64,000 nt of DNA from Myxococcota bacterium. GTDB taxonomy: Bacteria; Myxococcota_A; Polyangia; Polyangiales; Polyangiaceae. Made by a program: the position numbers and the translations under genes. A model generated the notes under the pieces. That model was given only the letters and a program-made list of their open reading frames with translations, made no database searches and was not told the origin of the DNA. Positions 1 to 9,016 of the stretch are shown here, piece after piece. Every line of letters starts with the position of its first letter. Within the stretch, counting starts at the first letter, position 1. The stretch spans positions 688 through 64,687 of the forward strand of contig JBEHXA010000001.1 in NCBI GenBank assembly GCA_048498935.1, read 5' to 3'.

Positions 1-933
1 GCGCGCTCGAACGATGAAGCGTGCGAAGCTGCGGCCGGCGAGCAGCTGACTCGTGGCGGCAGCGCCATCGATGCGGTGTTGGCTGGCTACTTCGCCGCTG
101 CCGGCGCTTATCCGGGCGTCCTGCTCGGCGCGGTCACGCTGCTGCTCGGTGGCACCGGCTCCGGTGAGCGTGCCTTCGATGGTCGCGTGCGGCAGCCCGG
201 CAAGAACGCAAAGCGTCCGCGTGGCACCGTGGCAGACGCGACGCCGCCCGCTACGGCGCGCGTAGGTGTGCCGTGCTCGATCCCGGCACTGGCCGTCTCG
301 CTCGGTTATGGGGCGCAGGCCACGCTCGGGCGCTTGGTGCAGCCCGGCGTCGCTTCGGCGCGCGAGCGCGGCGCCGAGCGGCGCGCGGCGGTGCTCACCC
401 GCGTTGGCCAGGTGGGCGCCTTGGCGTTTTCGGAGCCGGAGCTGTCGCTCGCGCTGGTGCGCGCGTTCGGGCCGCCCACCGGAGGCCTGGTGACGCCGGC
501 CGACTTTGCGCACCCGCAGAGCCTCGACATCCCGGCAGTTCGGGTGGAGCGTAATGGCGAGACTGCGCTCGAAGCGCCCTGGGCTGAAAGCGCCAGCACC
601 TTGCCAGGGCGTGGCATCGCGGTGAGCGCCATCGACATCAACGGCTTGTTTGCGGCCGTGAGCTTCGACATTTCGCCCGAAGCACTGCCGCTCGACGACC
701 TCGAGCTCTCATGCCCGCTGCTCGCCGCTCCCACGCTGCGCGGCGTGCCCCGCGTGGCGCCCGGCACACCGCTGCCGTCGACCGCTCCGCTCTGGATCAG
801 CTACGACGCGAGCGGCTCTGCCGTCGAGCTCTGGGCTGCCCCGACGTCGCTCGCTCCGCACTCGAGTGAAGGACGACGCCTCGGCATCCGCCGTAACAAC
901 ACCGCCCGCACCGTCGCCGCCCTCGAAGGCTAA
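1..933 (+). CDS. Gamma-glutamyltranspeptidase-like protein, compact and probably catalytically inactive; 5' end lies outside the window
   Basis: Frame +1 is open from base 1. GGT-like motifs GGSAIDAV, FDGRVRQP, VGVP, GGLVTPADF and AVSAIDING are present, but there is no Thr at the beta-subunit start position. Confidence 0.6.
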   Translation, partial: ARSNDEACEAAAGEQLTRGGSAIDAVLAGYFAAAGAYPGVLLGAVTLLLGGTGSGERAFDGRVRQPGKNAKRPRGTVADATPPATARVGVPCSIPALAVSLGYGAQATLGRLVQPGVASARERGAERRAAVLTRVGQVGALAFSEPELSLALVRAFGPPTGGLVTPADFAHPQSLDIPAVRVERNGETALEAPWAESASTLPGRGIAVSAIDINGLFAAVSFDISPEALPLDDLELSCPLLAAPTLRGVPRVAPGTPLPSTAPLWISYDASGSAVELWAAPTSLAPHSSEGRRLGIRRNNTARTVAALEG

Positions 934-1082
934 TTCGGTTTGGGCTTGCCATCCGGGCAGCCGACTAAAGATTCTCCACATCTGGCTCGAGCCGTTGGGC
1001 CAACGACACGGGGCACGGAGCGGCACGAACGATCATCGGCAGCGGTGCCCCGTATTCGGCTCGCGGACGTTGAAGCGTGGAC

Positions 1083-1229
1083 GGCGTCCCGAAGCTCATC
1101 GGCATCAGGTGGTGCCGATAAGCTTCGAGCGACGCCTCGATGACTACGCGCACGTATCCAACAGGGGCGTGAATGCTCGCACTTTTGGTGGATCCTCGGC
1201 GGGCTTATTGGATACGTGCGCGTAGTGAT
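1083..1229. repeat. Two adjacent long stem-loops in an intergenic region, including a perfect 19-bp inverted repeat
   Basis: ACTACGCGCACGTATCCAA (1143-1161) pairs with TTGGATACGTGCGCGTAGT (1208-1226). A nested hairpin GGCGTC/CGAAGCT/ATCGGCA with its complements lies at 1083-1136. Confidence 0.85.
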
Positions 1230-1403
1230 TTTCGGAACGCATCAGGGGCATGCAGCGCGCTCCGACTTTGCGGGGATCCCTCAGCGCCGGCGCGGCGCTG
1301 CTGAGACCAATCGGCACGTCCCAGCGGCGCTGCAACGCACGCGACATCGACGTGAGCAGACGCGGCTCTTTAGCCGCGCGGCGTTGCCCGACGTCGGTAC
1401 GGA

Positions 1404-1444
1404 AGCTTCTGCGAGGGGGCTGCGAAGTGGCAGCCCCCGCGTGA
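1404..1444. terminator. REP-like palindromic doublet, probable terminator downstream of rpmB
   Basis: GGGGGCTGC-gaagtg-GCAGCCCCC stem between convergent genes; a related copy occurs at 7478-7521. Confidence 0.6.
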
Positions 1445-1445
1445 A

Positions 1446-1673
1446 TCAAGCGAGCTTGATGCCGTGCTTCTTCGCGTAAGCGAGGAGGCCGACCTTGTCG
1501 ATCGAGCGCAAGTCACCGGTGGTGACCTTGAGCGTGATGTGACGACCGAGCTCGGGCACCCACAGGCGACGGCGCTGAACGTTCACGTTCTGCCAGCGCT
1601 TGGTCTTGATGTTGGAGTGCGAGACGTTTTGCGCTGCCATGCGGCGCTTGCCGGTGATTTCACTGCGGGCCAT
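1446..1673 (-). CDS. rpmB: 50S ribosomal protein L28
   Basis: 75 aa: MARSEITGKRRMAAQNVSHSNIKTKRWQNVNVQRRRLWVPELGRHITLKVTTGDLRSIDKVG, a typical L28 pattern. ATG at 1673 lies inside a longer shadow ORF. Confidence 0.95.
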   Translation of the reverse strand: MARSEITGKRRMAAQNVSHSNIKTKRWQNVNVQRRRLWVPELGRHITLKVTTGDLRSIDKVGLLAYAKKHGIKLA

Positions 1674-1738
1674 GGGGAAGGCCGCGGAACGTAGTAGATG
1701 GACAGCCCAAGTCAAGCCGCCAATGGCTGCTCGCGCGA

Positions 1739-2578
1739 TCAGGCGCGGCGCGCGCGGGCCAGCGGGACCACGCGAAGGCGCGCCATTTCCTGCACAATTG
1801 CGCGACAGTAGCTGCGAATCACACGGAATTCGTTGGGTTTTTTGGCGAGCGTCGTCTCGTCCATGTAGAGCTTTCGGCTGAGCTCTATTTGGACGGCGTG
1901 GATCCCGGCAGCGGGGCGGCCGTACCGCACCGTCGTGTGACCCCCGCGGTAAGGGTCGTCGTGGGAGAGCCCGAGGTGGAAGCGCTCCGACACGGCCTCG
2001 ACCACTTCGATGACCGAGGGGGCGGCGGTGGTGCGCTGGCGCGTGCCCGGCACCACGTCGGCGCGCTCGCGCCCGGGGTCGTCGTGGCCATCGCGTCCGC
2101 GGCTGGGCATCGAGTGCCCGGAGACGACGATCACGAAGCCGTGGCGGTCGAGCCGCGCGCGCACGAGCTCGTCGAGCTTGTCGTGATAGGGCCGGTAGTA
2201 CGCCTGCAGGCGTCGCTCGAGCTCGGTGCGCGGCAACGGCGAAGAAATGGCTGCGCGGTTCTCGGTGGTCGACCGCCAGATCAGGCCGTGGGGGCTGGTG
2301 CGGCCGGTCGCGCCCTGTACGGTGTCGCGATCGACGTCGTGCTCGGAGCGATTCAGGTCGCACACGTAGCGGCTCATGCGCGCGGTGAGCAGCGTGGCGC
2401 CGCAGTCGGGCGCGTCGGCGTACAGCTCGTCGACGTACAGGTCGGCGTCGCGCGCGATCGATTGCGCCGGCGCGGCCAAAGTGGCGAGCACCTGAGCGTC
2501 CAGCTCGAGGCCGGCGTGCGGGACCTCGACGACCACCGGGACCTCGTCGCCCCGGGGCGCTGTTAGCGTGAACGACAC
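1739..2578 (-). CDS. N-formylglutamate amidohydrolase family protein
   Basis: Motifs VEVPHAG, DLYVDELY, SRYVCDLNR, YYRPYH, GHSMPS, PYRGG and HAVQIEL. Confidence 0.9.
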   Translation of the reverse strand: MSFTLTAPRGDEVPVVVEVPHAGLELDAQVLATLAAPAQSIARDADLYVDELYADAPDCGATLLTARMSRYVCDLNRSEHDVDRDTVQGATGRTSPHGLIWRSTTENRAAISSPLPRTELERRLQAYYRPYHDKLDELVRARLDRHGFVIVVSGHSMPSRGRDGHDDPGRERADVVPGTRQRTTAAPSVIEVVEAVSERFHLGLSHDDPYRGGHTTVRYGRPAAGIHAVQIELSRKLYMDETTLAKKPNEFRVIRSYCRAIVQEMARLRVVPLARARRA

Positions 2579-2684
2579 TCGTCCACTTTACTTGCGCGCC
2601 GCCGCGGTTCAAGCACGCGGATGGGCTGGCGGTCTCGTGGGCGTTTCGGGCCCCAGCCCAAGCGCCGTGGGCGAACGGGGGATT

Positions 2685-3623
2685 TCACGCGCGCGGATGG
2701 GCTTTGCGATAGGCTGCGCGGACCCGATCTTGCGAAACGTGGGTATAGATTTCGGTCGTGGCGATGTTCGAGTGACCCAGCAGAGTCTGAACGCTGCGTA
2801 GGTCCGCCCCACCGGACAGCAGGTGAGTCGCGAAAGAATGGCGCAGCTGGTGTGGGTGCACGTGACCGCGGATGCCGGCGCCGCGCGCGGTCTTGCCGAC
2901 GATTTTCCAGAATGCCTGGCGCGTCAGCTTGCCGCCGCGGGGCGACGGGAACAGATACTGCGGCGGATTGCGAGCGCTCCCCTTGGTAGGGCGGCCTTTC
3001 GCCGATCGCGTCGGGGCGGCTTGCTCGGCGGTCACGCGCGCTTCGAGGTAGGCGGTCAGGTGATCGAGCGCGACCTCGCCGAGCGGCACCAGGCGTCGCT
3101 TGTTGCCTTTGCCCAGAGCCGAAACGACACCACGCGCGAGATCGACGTCACCCGGTGTGAGCGAGATGAGCTCGCTCACGCGCAGGCCCGCCGCGTAGGT
3201 CATGCTGAGCATGGCGCGATCGCGTAGGCCCCGGAGCGACTCGGGGTTCGGAGCGTCGATCAGCTCGAGCATCTCGGTCTCGCCCAGTGCGCGCGGCAAC
3301 TTGCGGCCGAAGCGCGGCCGCGCCTGCAGCTCCGTGGGGTCGGCGCGCAGCACGCCCTCGCGCATCAAGAACTTGCACAAGCCGCGCGCGGCCGAGAGGT
3401 GCCGCGCGGTGCTGCGCGGCCCGAGCCCGCCTTTCGACATCTCGCGGATCCACGCCGAGATCACGCCGAGGTCGACTTGCTCCACCTCGCTGACGCTTTC
3501 CTTCTCGGCGTAGCTCAGGAGCTTGGCGAGATCGCGTCCGTAGGCGTCGACGGTGTTTTTGGAGAGCGCGCGCTCGACCCGCAAATGTTGCAGGTAAAAA
3601 TCGAGGGCGGCGTCGAGGCGCAA
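2685..3623 (-). CDS. xerD: Site-specific tyrosine recombinase XerD
   Basis: ERALSKNTVDAYGRDL, YAAGLRVSEL, GKGNKRRLVP, TRQAFWK, HPHQLRHSFATHLL..GADLRSVQTLLGHSNIATTEIYTHV. Confidence 0.92.
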   Translation of the reverse strand: MRLDAALDFYLQHLRVERALSKNTVDAYGRDLAKLLSYAEKESVSEVEQVDLGVISAWIREMSKGGLGPRSTARHLSAARGLCKFLMREGVLRADPTELQARPRFGRKLPRALGETEMLELIDAPNPESLRGLRDRAMLSMTYAAGLRVSELISLTPGDVDLARGVVSALGKGNKRRLVPLGEVALDHLTAYLEARVTAEQAAPTRSAKGRPTKGSARNPPQYLFPSPRGGKLTRQAFWKIVGKTARGAGIRGHVHPHQLRHSFATHLLSGGADLRSVQTLLGHSNIATTEIYTHVSQDRVRAAYRKAHPRA

Positions 3624-3662
3624 AGCGCCTTCAATTTACGCCAGCCCGCCGGGGGCGACAAA

Positions 3663-4448
3663 TTAGGCGGGGGTAGGGGCGCCGACGCGCGCGGCCGCTG
3701 CCAGATCGCGCAGCAGCGGCTCCGGGTCGTATTGGCGCATCAAAGTTTCGCCGATCAACGCCGCGTCGACGCCGCTCTCACGGATGCGCGTCACGTCTTC
3801 GGGGCGCGCCACGCCCGACAGGTGCGCGCGCACGACGCCCTGGGGGATCGCCGCCAGCACACGCGCGGCGCGCGCTCCGTCCATCGCCAGCTTGTCGAGA
3901 TCGCGCGCGTTGACGCCGATCAAGTCGGCGCCCGCGTCGAGCGCGACCGCCAGCTCTTCTTCGTTCGCTACCTCGACGACCGGCACGAGCTCGCGCGCGC
4001 GTGCAGCTTTTACGAGCTCCACGGTGCGGGTCGGGGAGAGGCAGCGCACGATGATGAGCACAGCGTCGGCGCCGTAGGCGCGGGCCGCGTCGAGCTGCAC
4101 TTCGTCGATCACGAACTCTTTGCACAACAGCGGCAGCTTCACGGCCGCGCGCGCTTGCGCCAAATGCTCGAAGCTCCCGTCGAAGAAGCGCTCGTCGCAC
4201 AGCACGCTCAGCATCGAGGCGCCCGCGCGCTCGTAAGCGAGCGCTCGCTCAGCGACGGAGAGCGCCGTCGACAGCTGGCCCGCCGAGGGTGAGCGGTGCT
4301 TGATCTCGGTGATCAGGCTGAGCCGACCGCCCTGGCTCGCTGCATCGAGCCGAACTGGGCGGCGCGCGGGCGGAGCCGGCAACGCTCGGCTGCGCAGCTC
4401 CGCGAGCTCGCTCTGCTTCTGCGCCAGGATTTCGCCGAGGACGCCCAC
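3663..4448 (-). CDS. trpC: Indole-3-glycerol phosphate synthase
   Basis: EIKHRSPSAG, SVLCD..FFDGS, PLLCKEF, GADAVL, GVNARDL, ALIGETLM. GTG start at 4448, just after the trpD stop. Confidence 0.93.
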   Translation of the reverse strand: MGVLGEILAQKQSELAELRSRALPAPPARRPVRLDAASQGGRLSLITEIKHRSPSAGQLSTALSVAERALAYERAGASMLSVLCDERFFDGSFEHLAQARAAVKLPLLCKEFVIDEVQLDAARAYGADAVLIIVRCLSPTRTVELVKAARARELVPVVEVANEEELAVALDAGADLIGVNARDLDKLAMDGARAARVLAAIPQGVVRAHLSGVARPEDVTRIRESGVDAALIGETLMRQYDPEPLLRDLAAAARVGAPTPA

Positions 4449-4450
4449 GC

Positions 4451-5506
4451 TCAGGCTCCCTTCGCGCGGCGCTTTTCGGCGGCGCTGGCCCATGTCTTGA
4501 GCGTGGTGAGCGCCTTGCCGCTCGCCAGCGCCTCGCGTGCGCGCTCGCCCGCCTGGCGCTCCGAAATCCCTTCGAAGACCACCAGTGCCGCAGCCGCGTT
4601 CAGCGCGACCGCATCGGCCGCCGAATGCTTTTCGCCGCCCAAAATGGCCGTGAGCGCGCGGGCATTTTCGGCAGGCTCGCCACCGGCGATCGCGCCTGCC
4701 GGGCTCGGTGCGAAGCCGAAGCTCTCGGGCGAAATGCTGTGCTCGCGCAGCTTGCCGTCTTGCACCACGGTGACCCGCGTTTCGGCGAATGGGCTCACCT
4801 CGTCGAGGCCGTCGACGCTGCGCACCACCCAGGCGCGCTGGACACCGAGCTTCACGAGCGCTTCGGCGAGCAGCTTGCGGGAGGCGTCGTCGGGCGCGCC
4901 CAGCAGCTGATGGGTGACGCGCGCCGGGTTCGACAGCGGGCCGAGCAGGTTGAACAGCGTGCGGATACCGAGCTCGCGCCGCGTCGGCATGGCGTGGCGC
5001 ATGGCAGGGTGATGCGCTTGCGCGAACAAGAACGCGATGCCCGCCTCGTCGATGACCTCGCGCTGCAGCGCGGGCGCGACGTCGAGCGGGATACCCAGGG
5101 ACTCGAGCACGTCAGCGCTACCCGAGCGGCTCGTAGCGGCTCGATTGCCGTGCTTGGCGACGCGCGCACCGCATGCCGCCGCGACCACGGCCGCGCCCGT
5201 CGAAAGGTTCAAGCTACCCGAGCCGTCGCCGCCGGTACCGCAGGTATCGAGCAGCACCTTGAAATCATGAGCGACGGGCAGCATCGCAGCGCGCATCGCC
5301 GACGCAGCGGCGGCGATGATTTCGGCCGTTTCTCCGTGATGACGTAGCGCCACCAGAAACCCGCCGATTTGCGACGGCGTCCACTGCCCCGCGAAGATCG
5401 CGTCGAACACCGCGCGCGTGGTCGCTTCGCTCAGGCCGCGCTGGCTCGTCAGCTCCGCGTACACTTCGCCGAATTTGGGGGCGGGGGGAGTGCTCTCGGT
5501 CGTCAT
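4451..5506 (-). CDS. trpD: Anthranilate phosphoribosyltransferase
   Basis: DTCGTGGDG, NLST, KHGNRAATSRSGSADVLE, HPAM, RTLFNLLGPLSNP, DGLDE. Confidence 0.95.
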   Translation of the reverse strand: MTTESTPPAPKFGEVYAELTSQRGLSEATTRAVFDAIFAGQWTPSQIGGFLVALRHHGETAEIIAAAASAMRAAMLPVAHDFKVLLDTCGTGGDGSGSLNLSTGAAVVAAACGARVAKHGNRAATSRSGSADVLESLGIPLDVAPALQREVIDEAGIAFLFAQAHHPAMRHAMPTRRELGIRTLFNLLGPLSNPARVTHQLLGAPDDASRKLLAEALVKLGVQRAWVVRSVDGLDEVSPFAETRVTVVQDGKLREHSISPESFGFAPSPAGAIAGGEPAENARALTAILGGEKHSAADAVALNAAAALVVFEGISERQAGERAREALASGKALTTLKTWASAAEKRRAKGA

Positions 5507-6090
5507 AGACAGGACACCCAGTTTTGCACGAGCTGGGGCCCGTGCTGGGTCAGGATCGATTCCGGATGAAATTGAACCCCCTCGATGGGGAGCTCGCGGT
5601 GACGAATGCCCATGATTTCGCCTTGCTCGGCCGTCGCGGTCACTTCCATGCTGGGGCAAAGGCTGCCCGGCACCACCGCTAGGCTGTGGTAACGCGTGGC
5701 CTCGAAGGGGCTCGGCACGTCTCGAAACAGGCCGCGCCCGTCGTGCATCACCCGTGAGGTTTTGCCATGGACCGGCTCGGGCGCGCGCTCGACGCGGCCA
5801 CCGAACGCGAGCGCGATCGCCTGGTGGCCGAGGCAAACGCCCAAGATGGGCAGCTTGCCCGCCAGGGCGCGGATGATCGCGAGCGAGCTGCCCGCGTTCT
5901 CGGGCGCGCCCGGACCTGGCGAGATCAAAAGCCCGTCGGCACCGGCTGACGACACAGCGTCAGCGTCGACGCGATCGTTGAACCGCACCTCGCACTCCGC
6001 GCCGAGCGCGCGCAGGTACTGGACGAGGTTGTACGTGAACGAATCGTAGTTATCGACCAGCAGCACGCGCACGGGTCGCGCTCTCGGCAT
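5503..6090 (-). CDS. trpG: Anthranilate synthase component II (class I glutamine amidotransferase)
   Basis: VDNYDSFTYNL, ISPGPG, GVCLGHQ, HGKTS, RYHSL, GVQFHPES. Overlaps the trpD start. Confidence 0.93.
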   Translation of the reverse strand: MPRARPVRVLLVDNYDSFTYNLVQYLRALGAECEVRFNDRVDADAVSSAGADGLLISPGPGAPENAGSSLAIIRALAGKLPILGVCLGHQAIALAFGGRVERAPEPVHGKTSRVMHDGRGLFRDVPSPFEATRYHSLAVVPGSLCPSMEVTATAEQGEIMGIRHRELPIEGVQFHPESILTQHGPQLVQNWVSCL

Positions 6091-6321
6091 CGGCCGGGAG
6101 GCTCGCACCCGACCCGCGCTCGGTCAAAGCGTGACCCGCCAATCGAGCCGGGGGGTCTCTAGCGAATCGCGATAGACCGAGCGACCGACCCAATTCGTCC
6201 TCACGCTGGAAGTGGAATTTCAATCTTGCTCGGGCGGTACGCTGCCTGTACTGTCCCGGCCCGTCGCCCACTGGCTCGCCGCCGCTTTGGCAGCTGATCC
6301 AACACCGGCGATACACCAATA

Positions 6322-7470
6322 ATGTCCGAGGACAAGAAGCCCAAGATCGATCTCAAGGCCCGGCTCGGTAAAAAGACCGTCAGCGCCCCGGTTGCCAGTC
6401 CGGGAGCTTCGATCCCGCCGCCAGCGGGCATCGCGAGGCCGAGCGGGGTCGGTATCCCGGCGCCGCCGTTCCAGTCGCAGACGGGGTCGACCCGTCCCCC
6501 GGCTCCGGCGGTCGACGCTTCTAACCCGTACGGTGCGATGTCCCCGGCCGTGGCGCCGCGCGTCGAACCGGCTGCCATCAAGATCGAGCTGAGCGACGAG
6601 GTCGTTCGGGCCCAGAAGTCGGGCAAGACCAAGGTCTTGGTCCTGGCGGTGGTCACCGCCGTCATCGGCGGCTTCGTCGGTTTCACCCTGGGCGGCGCCT
6701 CCGAGCGCGGCAAGGGGCAAGAAGCGGCCCTTCAGGGCGCCCAGGACCTCACCAAAGAGGTCGAGGCCGCCAACGCCAAGATCGAAGAGCTCGCCAACGT
6801 GCTCAAGTCCGCCCGCGAGAAGCTCGGCAAGGCGCAGTTCCCGGAAGAAGAGGTGTCCAAGCTGGGCGCCATCAACATTCCGTTTGCGGGCGCCAACCTG
6901 AGCGGCAAGGGCATCGGTCGCTTCAAGTCCGACGTGCTCACCATGCTGATCGACTTCGCGTCCTCGTCATCGGAGGCGAACGACCAGAAGGAAACGATCC
7001 AGAACGTCCTCAACGGCAACAAGAAGGGCGTGCAGGAGTTTTTGGACTCGCAAACCAAGCCGCAGGTGCGCTGGTCGATCATCGTCGGCGGCTCGCCGAT
7101 GGGTCCGATCGCGTCGATGCAGCCCGTGCCGACGCCGTTTTTGCTCACCAGCGACGAGAAGAAGGACGGCAAGGCCTACGCCTGGCCGGATTCGTTCGAC
7201 TTGATGGCTGGCGGCAAGAAGCAAACCATCAAGCGCTACACCAAGGGTGAGGCGGCCACCGAGGACGCGACCTTCATCCCGGTCGATCCGTCGACGCAGG
7301 CGCTGGTTTGTCCCGCCGACGTGCTCGTCCGCATCCGTCGCGAGCTCACCAATATGGAAGAGGTGCTGCGCGGCAACCCGACCCCGGGCGAAGAGAAGAC
7401 CGGCCTGCTCGAGAGCGGCCAGAACCTGGTCAAGAAGCTGAAGCAGATCGGCGCCAGCGCCGGTCAGTGA
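6322..7470 (+). CDS. Hypothetical single-pass membrane protein (Pro-rich N-terminus, TM helix, coiled coil)
   Basis: 382-aa ORF with strong host-like codon usage and a hydrophobic segment VLVLAVVTAVIGGFVGFTLGG. Confidence 0.75.
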   Translation: MSEDKKPKIDLKARLGKKTVSAPVASPGASIPPPAGIARPSGVGIPAPPFQSQTGSTRPPAPAVDASNPYGAMSPAVAPRVEPAAIKIELSDEVVRAQKSGKTKVLVLAVVTAVIGGFVGFTLGGASERGKGQEAALQGAQDLTKEVEAANAKIEELANVLKSAREKLGKAQFPEEEVSKLGAINIPFAGANLSGKGIGRFKSDVLTMLIDFASSSSEANDQKETIQNVLNGNKKGVQEFLDSQTKPQVRWSIIVGGSPMGPIASMQPVPTPFLLTSDEKKDGKAYAWPDSFDLMAGGKKQTIKRYTKGEAATEDATFIPVDPSTQALVCPADVLVRIRRELTNMEEVLRGNPTPGEEKTGLLESGQNLVKKLKQIGASAGQ

Positions 7471-7477
7471 ACGCCCC

Positions 7478-7521
7478 GTGAAGCGAGGGGGCTGCCCAGC
7501 TGCAGCCCGCTTGCAGAAGCT
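7478..7521. repeat. REP-like palindromic doublet between convergent genes
   Basis: GCGAGGGGGCTGC (7483-7495) is identical to 1411-1423. GCAGCCCGCTTGCAGAAGCT (7502-7521) is close to the reverse complement of 1404-1423. Confidence 0.6.
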
Positions 7522-7592
7522 CACGTAACGGCGCCCGGTCCCGCCTCAACGCAGACCCGGCGCCGTTCGTGCGTTTGTTAGTGCTCTGAACG

Positions 7593-8918
7593 CTACGACG
7601 CGACCGGGATGCGCGACGAGGAGCGGGGCATCATCGACTCGGCGGGCGGCGTGCGGCGCGTGATCTCCACCTTGAGCACGCGGCGCTCGTCGGCCTCTTT
7701 GACCTCGAAATCCAGGTCGAACGCCGTGAGCCGTACGCCGACCTCCGGGACCGTACCGAGCTCGGCGACCACGAAGCCGGCAAGGGTGTGGTAGTCGCCG
7801 TCCGCCGGGAGCTCGGCGCCCAGGTAGCGGCTCAGGTCGGCGATTGAGACGCTCGCATCGACCAGCAGCTTGCCGTCGCCTAGATCCACGATCGGCGGCT
7901 CTTCGACGTCGTGCTCGTCGCGGATGTCGCCGACGATCTGCTCGAGCAGGTTCTCGAGCGTCAGGATGCCGCTCGTTCCGCCGAACTCGTCGAGCACGAT
8001 GGCGAGGTGGTGCTTACCGGCGCGCATCTCACGCAGCACGGTGTCGGCGGGCTGGCTCTCGGGGACGAACACGACTGGCTGACGCACCAGCGTCGGCAGC
8101 CCGACCTTCTCGAGATCGCCGTGAGCGAGGTGGGGTAAGAGATCTTTCGAGTGCAGCACGCCCACGACGTTGTCGAGGTTCTCGCGGTACACGGGGTAGC
8201 GCGAGTGTTCGCTCTCGGCGATCAAACGCAGCACCTCGTTGACCGGCGTGTCGACCTCGATGGCGTGAACCTGCGTGCGCGGCACCATCAGCTCGCCCGC
8301 GGTGATCCCGCCGAAATCGAGCACGTTGCGGATCATCTCGGACTGCTCGTGGCCGAGCGCGCCGCTGAGCTCACCTTCGCTCACGATCATCGACACTTCG
8401 CTCTCGACGATGCCGGGGGCGGGGGTCGGGCGACTCTCGTCCGTGTCGCGCTCGAAAAGCCGGCCAATCCAGACCAGGGGTGCTGCGATCGGCGAGAACA
8501 GCAGCTCGATGGGCGCGACCAACTGCAGGAGCAGCGGCGCGGAGCGGTCCGGGTTACGCTGGGCCAGAACGCGACCGATTTCGGTCGGGATGCCGTAGAT
8601 CACGACTGCGCCCAAGGCGCCGACGAGCGGCATCCAACCACCCAGGCTTGGGGGGAGCTGCTCACCGATGAGCAGGGCGGTGAGGGACGTCCCGAGCGCC
8701 CGGATCACGAGCCAGCGCGCTTCCATGGTGCCGCCCTGGCGCTCATAGCGCTCGAGGGCGCGCTTGGCGCCGCCGCGCAGGCCCTCACGCAGGGCCGAAC
8801 GGCGGGCGTCGGATAGAGCTCCGATCGACCAGCTAGCGGTGGCGAACGTCGCCGCAATCAGCGCCGGCAATACGGCGACGAGAATTCCGAATCTTAGAGC
8901 TGGTGGAGCCGAGTCCAA
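7593..8918 (-). CDS. Hemolysin-family / CNNM (DUF21)-CBS-CBS-CorC_HlyC transporter-associated protein
   Basis: N-terminal TM region, ELMVPRTQV, HSRYPVY, VLDEFGGTSGILTLENLLEQIVGDIRDEHD, DYHTLAGFV. Start is uncertain (TTG 8918 chosen). Confidence 0.88.
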   Translation of the reverse strand: MDSAPPALRFGILVAVLPALIAATFATASWSIGALSDARRSALREGLRGGAKRALERYERQGGTMEARWLVIRALGTSLTALLIGEQLPPSLGGWMPLVGALGAVVIYGIPTEIGRVLAQRNPDRSAPLLLQLVAPIELLFSPIAAPLVWIGRLFERDTDESRPTPAPGIVESEVSMIVSEGELSGALGHEQSEMIRNVLDFGGITAGELMVPRTQVHAIEVDTPVNEVLRLIAESEHSRYPVYRENLDNVVGVLHSKDLLPHLAHGDLEKVGLPTLVRQPVVFVPESQPADTVLREMRAGKHHLAIVLDEFGGTSGILTLENLLEQIVGDIRDEHDVEEPPIVDLGDGKLLVDASVSIADLSRYLGAELPADGDYHTLAGFVVAELGTVPEVGVRLTAFDLDFEVKEADERRVLKVEITRRTPPAESMMPRSSSRIPVAS

Positions 8919-9016
8919 TGCGTGTGCCCGGGGGTGGGGCCGAGCCTCCAACAGAGTTCTTAGCGGAGGGCTGCTGCCCCGCGCAACCCGTCCACCCGGC
9001 GGCCGAAAGGCCAGCC

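Noticed and set aside
1083-1229. Retron msr/msd, or 6S/SRP/RNase P/tmRNA
   Set aside because: No reverse transcriptase nearby, and none of the hallmark motifs of these RNAs could be found by eye.
1446-2612. 388-aa ORF spanning rpmB
   Set aside because: Arg-rich shadow frame overlapping the amidohydrolase gene; only the last 75 codons (L28) are real.
2685-3623. Integron or phage integrase
   Set aside because: The sequence has XerD hallmarks and no IntI-specific insertion; it sits after the trp genes with no att sites or cassettes seen.
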